Shown: positions 44,301-54,403, counted from the stretch's first letter. The stretch: DNA of 64,000 nt from an uncultured Candidatus Micrarchaeota archaeon (GCA_963760615.1 CAVXDX010000013.1:1-64000), one strand, 5' to 3'. Made by a program: numbers and translations. Notes: generated by a model from the letters alone, not told the origin.

Positions 44301-47261
44301 CTAACCCTTGGCAACTCCGAGGGGCGTCAGCCTCGCAACTATTTTGGATATACCGGCGAGCTCAACTCCCTTCACCACTGTATCTATATCCTTGTATGCC
44401 CCTGGAGCCTCCTCGGATATCACATCCCAGCCTGTTGCCCTGAGGTGTATCCCTCTGCTCTCTAGATTCTGCTTCACGTCACTTCCTCTATACGTCCTTA
44501 TTGCCTCGTGCCTGCTCATTGTTCTGCCGGCTCCATGACATGTTGAGTAGAAGCATTCCTTGCCGCTCTCCTCCCCAACAAGAACGTATGAGGCAGTCCC
44601 CATGCTCCCCGGTATTATGACGGGCTGCCCCACCTCCCGGTATATGGACGGAATCTCTTTCCTGCCTGCAGGAAATGCCCTTGTTGCTCCTTTCCTGTGA
44701 ACGCACAGCTTTGTCTTTTTACCGTCCACATCATGCTCCTCCACCTTGGCTATGTTGTGGCAGACATCGTAAACAAGCTTCATGCCAAGAGCTTCCGCAC
44801 TCCTCTTGAACACGTCCTCAAAAGTCTCCCTTATCCAGTGCATCATGACCTGCCTGTTGCAGAATGCATAGTTAACAGCTGAATACATGGCGCCGAAATA
44901 ATCAGCTGCCTCTTTGGAGTTCAGTGGCGCGCAGCACAGCTCAGGATCAGGCAGCTTTATACCGTATTTCTTCGATGCGTCGAGCATAACGCGTATATAA
45001 TCATCGCAGACTTGATGTCCGAATCCTCTAGAGCCGCAGTGCAGCATCACAACAACCTTGCCTTCCTCCAAGCCAAATGATTTTGCAGTATGAGCATCCA
45101 TAACTTTTTCAACTTTCTGAACCTCCAGGAAGTGATTTCCAGCTCCAAGTGTTCCGAACTGCGGAGCTCCCCTGCTCTTCGCCTTCTCGCTGACCTTTGA
45201 GGGGTCAGCCTCTTTCACGCAGCCGTTTTCTTCCTGCCTCTGGGAATCCTCCGCCCAGCCGTATCCCTTTTCAATTGCCCACTGGGCGCCTCCTCTAACC
45301 GCCTCATCCAGCTCCTTTATGCTCAGTTTTATCTTGCCCTTGCTGCCAACTCCTGAGGGGACATTCCTGAAGAGCTTGTCCATAAGCTCATTGATTTTCG
45401 GCCTCACATCTGCCTCCGAGAGGTTTGTGAGAATGAGCCTGACGCCGCAGTTGGAAACTATAATGTTGTTTGCTATAAAATTATGGTTGTCTCTGAGAGT
45501 GAGGTCATAAACTTCCGCCGCCTCATCTAACTTATCAATCTCGTCTATTCCATCAAATAGAACACCATAAGAATCAAGCTCCTTCTCTCTTTTTAAAACA
45601 AATTCATCAAAAGATATGAAATCCAAAGTTATCCTCTGCTTGGATTTCACGTTATCCCACAAGCATCTCTCGATAAATCTTTCATTGCTTATGTTGGATA
45701 TTAGAAGTTCCTTTATCTCTCTTGCCGTTAGTCCTATCCTCTTATACTCCTTAACTTTCTCTGCTATCTCGATTCTTTGTTTTGTCAATCTTTTCTTTTC
45801 CAGAATATACAACATTGCAATATTGGCTAACCGCTTCCTAGCATTGTTGTATTCAAAACCTACTCTGCCCCATAGTTTTAGTAGATTCTCCTCATCAGCT
45901 GATAGAAGCAGCCTGATTCTGTAGGTATCTCCAAACTTATTTATGTGCTCCTTCCTCACGCTTATCTTTGTTGCTTTGATATCAAAATCACCCAGTATAT
46001 CTATAATTTGCGCAAAGAATTTTCTGCAACTTTCTACATATCTTTCATTCTTGTTCTGTGATATTATTGGAGAATAAAAACCTGTCTTGCTAAGAGTTGA
46101 GGGACTTGACATCTCAGCGCCGAAGAAACCCGCTAAGAACAGCCTTTTTATGAACTTAGGTGCTTCTCTAACCCATCTCGGGACTTCAAAGTCATTGACT
46201 GTTTTCTTCCCAGTAGGCATCCCGAGTGTGATGAATAGCTTGGAAAGTGATAAGGCATGTAGGCCTAGCTCCGCGATCTTACTTCTGAATTTGTATTCGC
46301 CATACTGCGTTTTTATCCTGTAATTCCTATCCCTCATTTTCACGAAAGATTTGAAACCTACGGCGAGGAAGTCCTCTCTTAGTTCAACCATATCCCCTAG
46401 TTTACCGTAAACACGGAATACTCCCTCATTATTTAGATAGCCGTCCCCTAGCATATACCCCAGTATTTTCGCAATAACTGGTAAAGCCTTACTATCCTCA
46501 CTAAGAGGCAGCAAGCCCTTGTCTCTTAACACCTTTATCCCTTCTTCTGATAAGCCCAATAATCGTAAATTTTCCTCATCTACAATAACTTTGTTGGATG
46601 GGTTGCTATAACACACACCGCTAAATGGATAAACTGCTATTTCCGTTCCTCTCTCTAACTCCGATGCCTTGCGCATTCCAGTCCTAGTTAAGATTTTATG
46701 ATTTCCTGTTACCTTCAACTCAAATCCATTCTGTGTCTTTATTTTCAAAACTTTGCTTTTTGAGTTAGATTTTATAAAGGCCAATACCTCCTTTTCTTCG
46801 ATAATTTTATTGGTACTATTAAGCGTCATGACCTTAGTCGAAGAGATATTGAGCATTCTTGCGGTTAGGTCGCCAGAACTTACTGAGTTTTGCGAAAAAT
46901 CATCCGCTATCTCGCTTATAGCTCTAAAATAGCCGAGATCAGTCAATATCTTCGAGTCCCCGGTTAAGCAGTTGATATCGTAACCCACTCCCCCAGGCGA
47001 AACCACCCCATTCTCAAAATTGAATGCAGCAACGCCTCCAATCGGAAATCCATAACCTTCATGTCCGTCGGGCATCACAAACGAGTTGCCGACTATCCCG
47101 GGGAGGCACGCCACGTTGGTTGCCTGGTCGAAAGTTCTATCCCTTCTCATCCTTTCAGCAAGCTCCTTTGTGCCGTACACCCTCACGGGAACATTCATGC
47201 CTGCTTTTGCACCTTTTTTTATCTCCCATTTTCCATTCGAAACTTCGCTAAGCTCGTACAT
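44301..47261 (-). CDS. rtcB: RNA-splicing ligase RtcB precursor containing an intein
   Basis: MPDGHEGYGFPIGGV, GYDIN|CGVR, GTLGAGNHFLE, HCGSRGFGH, STCHGAGR, EEAPGAYK. 986 aa from M at 47261; 479 aa after intein removal. Confidence 0.96.
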   Translation of the reverse strand: MYELSEVSNGKWEIKKGAKAGMNVPVRVYGTKELAERMRRDRTFDQATNVACLPGIVGNSFVMPDGHEGYGFPIGGVAAFNFENGVVSPGGVGYDINCLTGDSKILTDLGYFRAISEIADDFSQNSVSSGDLTARMLNISSTKVMTLNSTNKIIEEKEVLAFIKSNSKSKVLKIKTQNGFELKVTGNHKILTRTGMRKASELERGTEIAVYPFSGVCYSNPSNKVIVDEENLRLLGLSEEGIKVLRDKGLLPLSEDSKALPVIAKILGYMLGDGYLNNEGVFRVYGKLGDMVELREDFLAVGFKSFVKMRDRNYRIKTQYGEYKFRSKIAELGLHALSLSKLFITLGMPTGKKTVNDFEVPRWVREAPKFIKRLFLAGFFGAEMSSPSTLSKTGFYSPIISQNKNERYVESCRKFFAQIIDILGDFDIKATKISVRKEHINKFGDTYRIRLLLSADEENLLKLWGRVGFEYNNARKRLANIAMLYILEKKRLTKQRIEIAEKVKEYKRIGLTAREIKELLISNISNERFIERCLWDNVKSKQRITLDFISFDEFVLKREKELDSYGVLFDGIDEIDKLDEAAEVYDLTLRDNHNFIANNIIVSNCGVRLILTNLSEADVRPKINELMDKLFRNVPSGVGSKGKIKLSIKELDEAVRGGAQWAIEKGYGWAEDSQRQEENGCVKEADPSKVSEKAKSRGAPQFGTLGAGNHFLEVQKVEKVMDAHTAKSFGLEEGKVVVMLHCGSRGFGHQVCDDYIRVMLDASKKYGIKLPDPELCCAPLNSKEAADYFGAMYSAVNYAFCNRQVMMHWIRETFEDVFKRSAEALGMKLVYDVCHNIAKVEEHDVDGKKTKLCVHRKGATRAFPAGRKEIPSIYREVGQPVIIPGSMGTASYVLVGEESGKECFYSTCHGAGRTMSRHEAIRTYRGSDVKQNLESRGIHLRATGWDVISEEAPGAYKDIDTVVKGVELAGISKIVARLTPLGVAKG
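45450..46970 (-). mobile_element. 507-aa intein with LAGLIDADG homing endonuclease domain in RtcB
   Basis: Starts CLTGDSKILT and ends HNFIANNIIVSN before Cys+1. Block B LKVTGNHKI; LAGLIDADG-like ILGYMLGDGYL and FLAGFFGAEMS. More AT-rich than the exteins. Confidence 0.93.
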
Positions 47262-47463
47262 AAACAATCTCCCGAAATTATAATTGGATATTGCAGCTTT
47301 TAATACTTTATTTACTGCAGCTGCACGCCTTTGCCGGATTCCGGAGGCATCCGAAAGACATGATAAGGTCAACAGCGTCCGAGGCCTTGCTGATTTTACG
47401 ACGTAAAAATGGACTAAATTAAGATTGCTTTGGCTTGATCAACTTCTCCAGTTCACTTATCCT

Positions 47464-47886
47464 TCATACTTTACTTTTTAAACTATAAGCTTGCTCCAAC
47501 CATGAGAGCAACTCGCTATCGATTTCCTTTTCATTCCGTATATCTACACTATGCATGTAGCGGTTTGCTGAAATCTGCGCTGATTTGTCTATCCTGGAGC
47601 TTCCCAATTCATGACCCAAACCAAAGTGTATCCTTACCCTGTCCTTCAGAGCATATACTGCGGCAAAGGTATATGCTGGCGAAGTCACAAAGTGGATGCA
47701 GCAGGGTAATGACTCAACCCAGAATGAACCGATATTCTTCTTAATTTCATCTTTTAACTTCTCGTACAGCGGCTTCATCGCTTCCTTGCCTTTGAAGTGT
47801 CTATCCAAAGGATAAATTGTACAAGAATGCACCTGGTTCTTCTTCTCAAATTTTCTCTTGCATTTTGGACATGCCCATAGTTTCAT
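47464..47886 (-). CDS. DUF5655-like protein with N-terminal Zn ribbon
   Basis: MKLWACPKCKRKFEKKNQVHSC...HSVDIRNEKEIDSELLSWLEQAY. Confidence 0.65.
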   Translation of the reverse strand: MKLWACPKCKRKFEKKNQVHSCTIYPLDRHFKGKEAMKPLYEKLKDEIKKNIGSFWVESLPCCIHFVTSPAYTFAAVYALKDRVRIHFGLGHELGSSRIDKSAQISANRYMHSVDIRNEKEIDSELLSWLEQAYSLKSKV

Positions 47887-48090
47887 TCTAACTACCTATT
47901 TGTTATTATCCAAGATTCTTATTATAACTTAGCTTTAATCATAGTCTGTTTCAGGGGTATACTTGCTTTGGCTTCAGTATAAATCTTCTTATCTACTCAC
48001 TCAAACCCCGCCTTTTCATACGCCTCCTTCACGAGCTTTGGAGTAATCTATTTAAATTTGTGAGTATAAAATGGATTTGGAGGGGTCGAC

Positions 48091-48663
48091 ATGATACTTC
48101 AAATACTAGAACTTGGTATCTGCATATTCGCATTAGTTGTTTTCATACTCCTGATTGCTGCCTATTACTATAACAGGATAATTGTTCTGAGCAACCAGGT
48201 TGACAACGCCTGGTCCCAAATAGACGTGCAGCTTAAGAAAAGGGTCGACCTTGTGCCCAACCTTGTTGCGACTGTGAAGGGTTACATGAAGCATGAGCAG
48301 AAGGCGATTCAGATGGTGACGGACGCAAGGGCCAAGATGATGGGCGCCGGGACAGTTGACGAGAAGATGAAGGCGCATGGCGATCTGACCAAGGCGCTCA
48401 AAACTATTCTCGCTCTCGCCGAGAATTACCCAGACCTAAAGGCAAGCGAGAACTTCAAGCTTCTCCAAGAGCAACTCGAAGGGATTGAGAGCAAGATTGC
48501 CTATGCAAGGCAGTTCTACAATGACTCAGTGCTGGGCTACAACAATATCATCTCCATGATTCCAGGAGTCTGGTTTGCCGGCGTGATGGGAAAAACCGCA
48601 AAACACTACTTTGAAATAGAAGAGGCAGAGAGGCAGCCAGTCAAGGTGAACTTCGAGGCATAG
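48091..48663 (+). CDS. lemA: LemA family protein
   Basis: AWSQIDVQLKKRVDLVPNLV, ENYPDLKASENF, IAYARQFYN. Confidence 0.95.
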   Translation: MILQILELGICIFALVVFILLIAAYYYNRIIVLSNQVDNAWSQIDVQLKKRVDLVPNLVATVKGYMKHEQKAIQMVTDARAKMMGAGTVDEKMKAHGDLTKALKTILALAENYPDLKASENFKLLQEQLEGIESKIAYARQFYNDSVLGYNNIISMIPGVWFAGVMGKTAKHYFEIEEAERQPVKVNFEA

Positions 48664-48664
48664 A

Positions 48665-49555
48665 ATGGAGAAGACAAGCTTTTACGACCAAATCTCCAAG
48701 AATAAGAGAGATTCAATACTGCTAATCATAGCTCTTTTCTTTATTATAGCAGTTGTGGTTTATACCCTAAGTGAAATCTACGCCCCGGGCTCGGGCTTAG
48801 TTATACTCATCATTGCATTAGTATTAACTCTCGTCTATACACTTCTCTCATACTATTATGGAGACTGGGTTGTACGCAAGAGTGTCAATGCCCGAGAGCC
48901 CAACCCAAAGGAGAATGCCTATCTCATAAACACCGTTGAAGGGCTTGCAATAGCCGCCGGAGTTCCAACTCCTAAAATCTATATTATGGACTCGCCAGAG
49001 ATGAATGCTTTTGCCGCAGGCAGGGATCCGCAGCATTCTTCGATTACTGTTACAACTGCACTTCTGCAAAACCTCAACAGGAGCGAACTTGAAGGTGTTA
49101 TTGGGCATGAGATGTCGCACATCAGGAATTATGACATAAGGTTTGCAACCCTTGTTGCAGTTCTCGTTGGTCTTGTTGCAATAATTGCAGAGCTGTTCCT
49201 CAGAAACTTATGGTGGGGTGGAAGAGGCAGGGACGACCGGAGGGACATGGGATGGCTTATACTGGTCGGTATCCTAATCAGCGTCATTGCCATGGTATTC
49301 AGCAAAATAGTGCAGGCAATGATATCAAGGAGGAGAGAATACCTTGCAGATGCAAGCTCTGCCCAGCTAACAAGGTATCCCGAGGGGCTGGCGAGCGCTT
49401 TGGAAAAAATATCCAAAGTAAATGAAGGGAAATCGATTGGCAGCGGGGCGATTGCTCACATCTTCTTTGTTGACCCTTTCAAGAGCCCCTTAGACGCCCT
49501 ATTTGACACACACCCGCCAATCAAGGAGAGGATAAAAATCCTGAGAGAAATGTAA
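48665..49555 (+). CDS. htpX: Zinc metalloprotease HtpX (M48)
   Basis: MNAFAAGRDP, VIGHEMSHI, SRRREYLADA, FDTHPPIKERI. Confidence 0.93.
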   Translation: MEKTSFYDQISKNKRDSILLIIALFFIIAVVVYTLSEIYAPGSGLVILIIALVLTLVYTLLSYYYGDWVVRKSVNAREPNPKENAYLINTVEGLAIAAGVPTPKIYIMDSPEMNAFAAGRDPQHSSITVTTALLQNLNRSELEGVIGHEMSHIRNYDIRFATLVAVLVGLVAIIAELFLRNLWWGGRGRDDRRDMGWLILVGILISVIAMVFSKIVQAMISRRREYLADASSAQLTRYPEGLASALEKISKVNEGKSIGSGAIAHIFFVDPFKSPLDALFDTHPPIKERIKILREM

Positions 49556-49564
49556 GGCGCTTAT

Positions 49565-50056
49565 ATGGCAGATCAAGATAAATCAGCAATTGTCTGGGTG
49601 CTTGGCGGGGCGATTCTCCTGCTTTTGGCCATAGTGTTTTTCGTAATGCCATCCTTGGGTCCCAGGGAAACTCCACTTAGCTTTGTTTTAGGTGGAGTTT
49701 CACCAAACAATACTACAAATGCAGTACCTTCAAATGTAACGCAAAATGGATCCTGCGTAGTTATTGAGTTCTACGGCGCCGAATGCCCCCACTGCAAGAA
49801 TATGGTTCCAATAGTTTCACAGGTTGAGAATGAAACTGGAATCCAATTCACGCGGCTTGAGATATGGCACAATAGCACCAATCAGCAGATATTCCAGGGA
49901 TATTCTGACAGCATACAAAAAGACTGCGGGATGCTAGGAGTGCCAACCTTCACAATCCTCGGGGTTAACAACTCTTCGGCCAGCACCTCTAGATGCGGCG
50001 AGATGGTTGAATCTGACCTGAGATATTTCGTGACTTCCAACTGCAATGTAAGCTAA
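49565..50056 (+). CDS. Membrane-anchored thioredoxin-fold protein
   Basis: N-terminal TM, IEFYGAECPHC, GVPTF. Confidence 0.85.
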   Translation: MADQDKSAIVWVLGGAILLLLAIVFFVMPSLGPRETPLSFVLGGVSPNNTTNAVPSNVTQNGSCVVIEFYGAECPHCKNMVPIVSQVENETGIQFTRLEIWHNSTNQQIFQGYSDSIQKDCGMLGVPTFTILGVNNSSASTSRCGEMVESDLRYFVTSNCNVS

Positions 50057-50562
50057 GGCATGTCTGCGCTCTCAACTCTGACCTCTGAAGCTTCAAGAAT
50101 TCCGTTGAACAAATCATAGTGGGTCTGCTCAAACTCCGAGAGTCTCTTGAAGAAAATGCTGCCCTCCTTGTCTGTTATTTTCTGTGATAATTCCTCGTAG
50201 AAGTCCCTTGCCTCGGCCTCGGCTCTTGAGGCTGCAAGCAGTATGCTGAAATCGCCGGAGCCTTCTTCTATCTTCGGCTCCACTCCGTTCGAATACAGTT
50301 TTGGCCCTTGAGGCTTGCCTAGCTTCTCAGCGCTCACCCACCCCTTTTTCTTTGCCAGATTCTGCTTAAGCTTCTCAAGCTGCTTGAGGTGGTTTACCTC
50401 CTCGCTTTCAATAAATTTGAGAAGTCCTGCAGCAGCCTTATTCTCCAGTTTCGCTGACTTCTCACCGTAGAATGCTATGCTCTTCTTCTCAAGCTCTATG
50501 CCAACTTCGACTCCTTTCATAACGTCAATGCTTCCTGATGTGAAGAATTCCTCAAACATCAT
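50053..50562 (-). CDS. Rubrerythrin/ferritin-like diiron protein
   Basis: Two E..FY / EExxH repeats (SEEVNH, EFEQTH). GGAGGTGA RBS. Confidence 0.8.
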   Translation of the reverse strand: MMFEEFFTSGSIDVMKGVEVGIELEKKSIAFYGEKSAKLENKAAAGLLKFIESEEVNHLKQLEKLKQNLAKKKGWVSAEKLGKPQGPKLYSNGVEPKIEEGSGDFSILLAASRAEAEARDFYEELSQKITDKEGSIFFKRLSEFEQTHYDLFNGILEASEVRVESADMP

Positions 50563-50563
50563 T

Positions 50564-52408
50564 TCACCTCCTCCTCTTTTCTCCCCATGCCGCAAGCACC
50601 AGCAGCATCCCAATCATTGCGGTTGAACCGCAGCAGGTGTTCTTGAGCTGTGAAGTTATGCCACTTAAGTCCGGCGTAGTATTGCTACTGCCGTTTGCAT
50701 TAGCATTCTCCTCTGCAGGCGGTTCAGGAATTCTGAGATACCAGTCCCCAACATCGCTTGCGGTGAAGTTTGTCGGAGTGCTCACTGAACCTGCGCTTAC
50801 AGTGACCTTCATGCCTTTATTCACAGTTGTGTTTTTCCCTTTGTACTCAACTACTGGCTCTCCTTCAAGCGTGTATACGTTAACGGCACTTACCGATTGA
50901 TTGATTATAATGTTACTTTTTACATAAACTTTAACAGTGTCCTTTCCCCCAGCAGTTGAAGAGCCCCATGAGAGGGCTGCGCTAGGAACAGAGGTGCCTA
51001 CACTTCTTACTATACCGAAGATTCTCCAGAGCAATCCTCCAACTCCCTTAACCCCAATACCGGCAGGCCAGCCACTACTAACAGCATCCTTCTCTATATT
51101 GACAATACCCGATGGGAGCTCTTCAAGCATCATCATGCCACGCACATCACCCCATTGCAAGGTTATATATGGCTTATTACAGAGCACTCTTTCGCTCTCT
51201 CCAACCTTGCTGAGAGTTATGGTATCGCCTACTGCTAATTTTGTTCCTCTCTGCCCTCTAATCTGTGCATCACCAGGCTGGTTTTCTCTGTGCACATATA
51301 CCGGTGGAACCCCAGAACCATCCGCGCATCCTATGTCAACAATCTCTGCAATGGTGTTTACGCACCCATTTAATATTCCGTAACTTTCTTCATATGTTAT
51401 CGCGTGTTTCGGATTGCAAATCTGACCCGGTTCGCAACTGCAATCCTCCGGGCAGGAGTAGCAGTTTTCCAAATACTGTGGATCGACCTTTGTATCGCAC
51501 GTTTTATTTCCGCAGAATTTGGGTTTGCTAAGGGGAACGCATAGCCCATCAACAAGTTCCATATAAAATCCCTGATCGCAGAGACATTTACCCTTCTCCT
51601 CGTTAAAGGATGAATTCCTAGGGCACTTGATTTTTTCGCAAACAACCTTCCACTCCTTGTCATAGACATTATGTTTTGTATAACCTCCCTTGCAATCGCA
51701 CCTGCAGTTGGGGTATGTTCCAAGTGCCAATGCGCCCTCCCCAATTGTTTTATTGCATACCTCTTGGCATGTTAGGTTCTTCTGGGGCTTGGTTGGAATT
51801 TTCACGCAGACGAGTGTCGCATCAGCGTAATAACCTGTACTACAGTGGCAGTCGCAGTCCATTCCCATAACGGTTCCATATGCAGAATCACCGTGTATCT
51901 TATCCCCTCCGTGGTACTCTTTGCAGTATTTGTCGCAGGTTGCTTTGCTTGGCTGGCAAAGCAGAATTTCATTATTTTTATCCGTATACCCCTCCTTGCA
52001 CCCGCAGTTGCAGCTGTCTGAAAGAACTTCAGCTTTTGCATACGGCCCGTGGTAGCTTTTGCAGTAGCTGTCGCAGTACTCCTGCGTTGGCTTGACTGGT
52101 TTGACAGGTTGGTCATTCGGGCACTTTCCATTTGCATCCGCGCATCCAATAAATTTTGAAACCGGGCAGAAGGGCTTGCAAAGGTTCGCGTCAAAACCGC
52201 TATAATTTACTGCTTCAAAGCATGCTCTTGTCCTCTCTCCGCACCAACACTCCTGGGTGTAGGTGTAACCTCCGCCTTTAGCTGCGCAGTCATCCTGAAC
52301 GCAGCCTACCCCGGACATCCTCTGCCAGTTGAATCCTGGCGGGCACTCAACTGCAAAAACAGGCAGAATAAACACCAGCAGAGCAAATAGCGTGACCACC
52401 CTCCTCAT
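50564..52408 (-). CDS. Large Cys-rich (EGF-like repeats, FecR-like C-terminal part) surface protein with CCG-hydrophobic-basic tail
   Basis: Signal peptide; repeated C..YC...HG...C.C.C..GY; ends TCCGSTAMIGMLLVLAAWGEKRRR. Confidence 0.75.
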   Translation of the reverse strand: MRRVVTLFALLVFILPVFAVECPPGFNWQRMSGVGCVQDDCAAKGGGYTYTQECWCGERTRACFEAVNYSGFDANLCKPFCPVSKFIGCADANGKCPNDQPVKPVKPTQEYCDSYCKSYHGPYAKAEVLSDSCNCGCKEGYTDKNNEILLCQPSKATCDKYCKEYHGGDKIHGDSAYGTVMGMDCDCHCSTGYYADATLVCVKIPTKPQKNLTCQEVCNKTIGEGALALGTYPNCRCDCKGGYTKHNVYDKEWKVVCEKIKCPRNSSFNEEKGKCLCDQGFYMELVDGLCVPLSKPKFCGNKTCDTKVDPQYLENCYSCPEDCSCEPGQICNPKHAITYEESYGILNGCVNTIAEIVDIGCADGSGVPPVYVHRENQPGDAQIRGQRGTKLAVGDTITLSKVGESERVLCNKPYITLQWGDVRGMMMLEELPSGIVNIEKDAVSSGWPAGIGVKGVGGLLWRIFGIVRSVGTSVPSAALSWGSSTAGGKDTVKVYVKSNIIINQSVSAVNVYTLEGEPVVEYKGKNTTVNKGMKVTVSAGSVSTPTNFTASDVGDWYLRIPEPPAEENANANGSSNTTPDLSGITSQLKNTCCGSTAMIGMLLVLAAWGEKRRR

Positions 52409-52519
52409 ACATACTAACCTCCATTTCTGAGTTTCTCCAAGCGGGTTTATATAACCTACTCTGACTGGCCAAATGATAAAGTTTTATAATATCCCTTGCC
52501 AAATCTTTATCTGGTATAC

Positions 52520-54394
52520 ATGAGGCTGCTGACAATACACTCGGATTTCCTGGAATACAAGCCTCTTCAGAAGGCGATTCCGAAGCCGGAGGAAGCGGAG
52601 CTTGCAGCCAAAAGAATTGACGACTGCCTTGTTACATTCATTTCTGTTGAGAAGGAGGATGAGTCAAACCAGGCAGCAATTGCTGAGAAAGCAGTCTTAG
52701 AGATAGAAGGTGTGGCTAGGCAAGTTTCTGCAAAGAGACTGGTTGTGTACCCATGGGTGCACCTCACCTCAAACCCTTCCTCACCTGATGCCGCTCTCTC
52801 AATATTGAAAGATATAGAAGTCAAGCTGAAGGAGAAGGGCAAGTATGAAGTCACAAGAGCTCCATTTGGCTACTACAAGCAGTTCACTATAAAATGCAAG
52901 GGTCATCCTCTGAGCGAGCTGTCAAGAGAGATAAGAGCAGAAGAACTTGAGAAAAAGCCCATGAAGAAGGAGGAGAATGTTTCAGAGTCATTAAAGCTTG
53001 AGGAGAAGACAAAGAGGGAATACTTCATTCTCACTCCCGAAGGCGAGCTTATCGCACCAGAAAAGTTCGATTACACTGGTTTGGATGACTTCAAGAGCTT
53101 TGTGAAGTATGAGACTGAGAAGGTCCGCGCGTATGATGTCGAACCGCCTCACATAAAGATAATGAAAGAGCACGGTATAGCGCAGTATGAACCTGGAAGT
53201 GACGCCGGGAACTTCAGGTGGCCCCCCAAGGGCAGACTCGTAAAGAAGCTGCTTGAGAAGGCAATAACCGACTACTGCGTGAGCTATGGCGCGATGGAAG
53301 TTGAAACCCCGATAATGTATGACTATGAGCACCCTGCTCTTAAGAAATACATGAACAGGTTTCCAGCCAGGCAGTATTCAGTGAAGTCTGATGACAAGGA
53401 GTTCTTCCTGAGATTCGCAGCATGCTTCGGGCAATTCCTCATGACGCACGACATGGTAATCTCCTACAAGGACTTGCCTCTCAAGATGTTCGAACTCACA
53501 AAATACAGCTTCAGAAGAGAGCAGTCCGGGGAGCTTGCAGGCTTGAAGAGGCTGAGGGCTTTCACCATGCCCGATATGCACACCCTCTGCGGTGACATGG
53601 ACCAGGCAAAGGGAGAGTTCAGCAGCCAATATATGAAATGCTATGAGTGGATGAGGATGCTGGAACTTGAGTTTGAAACAACATTCCGAGCTCAGAATGA
53701 CTTCTTCAAGGAGAATAAGGACTGGTACCTGGGGATGATAAAGAAGGTTGGCAAGCCAGTCCTCCTAGAGCTGTTTGACTTGAGGTATGCTTACTTCATA
53801 ACAAAGTTTGAGTTCAATTTTGTAGACTCGGCAAACAAGGCTTCGGCCCTTTCAACAGTGCAGATAGATGTTGAGAATTCAGAGACATACGATTTGGGTT
53901 ATACCACAAAGGATGGGAAGAAGGAGAGGCTTCTCATACTCCACACATCCATAAGCGGTAGCATAGAGCGCGTCATATATGCATTGCTTGAGAGAGAGGC
54001 CAAGAGGATAGCAAGCAAAAAAGTACCGATGCTTCCAATCTGGCTCTCGCCAACACAGGTCAGAGTAGTTCCCATAACTGACAAGCACTTGGAATACGCT
54101 GATGAGATAGCTGGCCAGCTTGAGCTCGAGGCTGTGCGGGTTGACATAGATGACCGGTCAGAAACCCTTGAGAAGAAGATAAGGGATGCGGAGAGGGAGT
54201 GGGTGCCTTACATACTTGTAGTTGGAGATAAGGAAATTGAGAGCAAGAAGTTCAGCGTGAGAATGCGGGAGAGCGGAGAGAAGAAGATGTTGAGCATGGA
54301 GGAGCTTGAAGTGATACTGAGAAGCAAGCTGAAGGGCAAGCCTTTTGATAAACTCTCTCTACCACGCTCCTTGAGCAAAAGGCCGGTAATATAG
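52520..54394 (+). CDS. thrS: Threonine--tRNA ligase (archaeal type, with N-terminal editing domain)
   Basis: MRLLTIHSD, VYPWVHL, RAPFGYYK, LRFAACFGQF, FRREQSGEL, LHTSISGSIER. Confidence 0.96.
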   Translation: MRLLTIHSDFLEYKPLQKAIPKPEEAELAAKRIDDCLVTFISVEKEDESNQAAIAEKAVLEIEGVARQVSAKRLVVYPWVHLTSNPSSPDAALSILKDIEVKLKEKGKYEVTRAPFGYYKQFTIKCKGHPLSELSREIRAEELEKKPMKKEENVSESLKLEEKTKREYFILTPEGELIAPEKFDYTGLDDFKSFVKYETEKVRAYDVEPPHIKIMKEHGIAQYEPGSDAGNFRWPPKGRLVKKLLEKAITDYCVSYGAMEVETPIMYDYEHPALKKYMNRFPARQYSVKSDDKEFFLRFAACFGQFLMTHDMVISYKDLPLKMFELTKYSFRREQSGELAGLKRLRAFTMPDMHTLCGDMDQAKGEFSSQYMKCYEWMRMLELEFETTFRAQNDFFKENKDWYLGMIKKVGKPVLLELFDLRYAYFITKFEFNFVDSANKASALSTVQIDVENSETYDLGYTTKDGKKERLLILHTSISGSIERVIYALLEREAKRIASKKVPMLPIWLSPTQVRVVPITDKHLEYADEIAGQLELEAVRVDIDDRSETLEKKIRDAEREWVPYILVVGDKEIESKKFSVRMRESGEKKMLSMEELEVILRSKLKGKPFDKLSLPRSLSKRPVI

Positions 54395-54403
54395 GGTGGT
54401 GTT

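Noticed and set aside
47990-48050. Minus-strand remnant reading TPKLVKEAYEKAGFE*
   Set aside because: It has no start codon or identifiable family and is too short to call.
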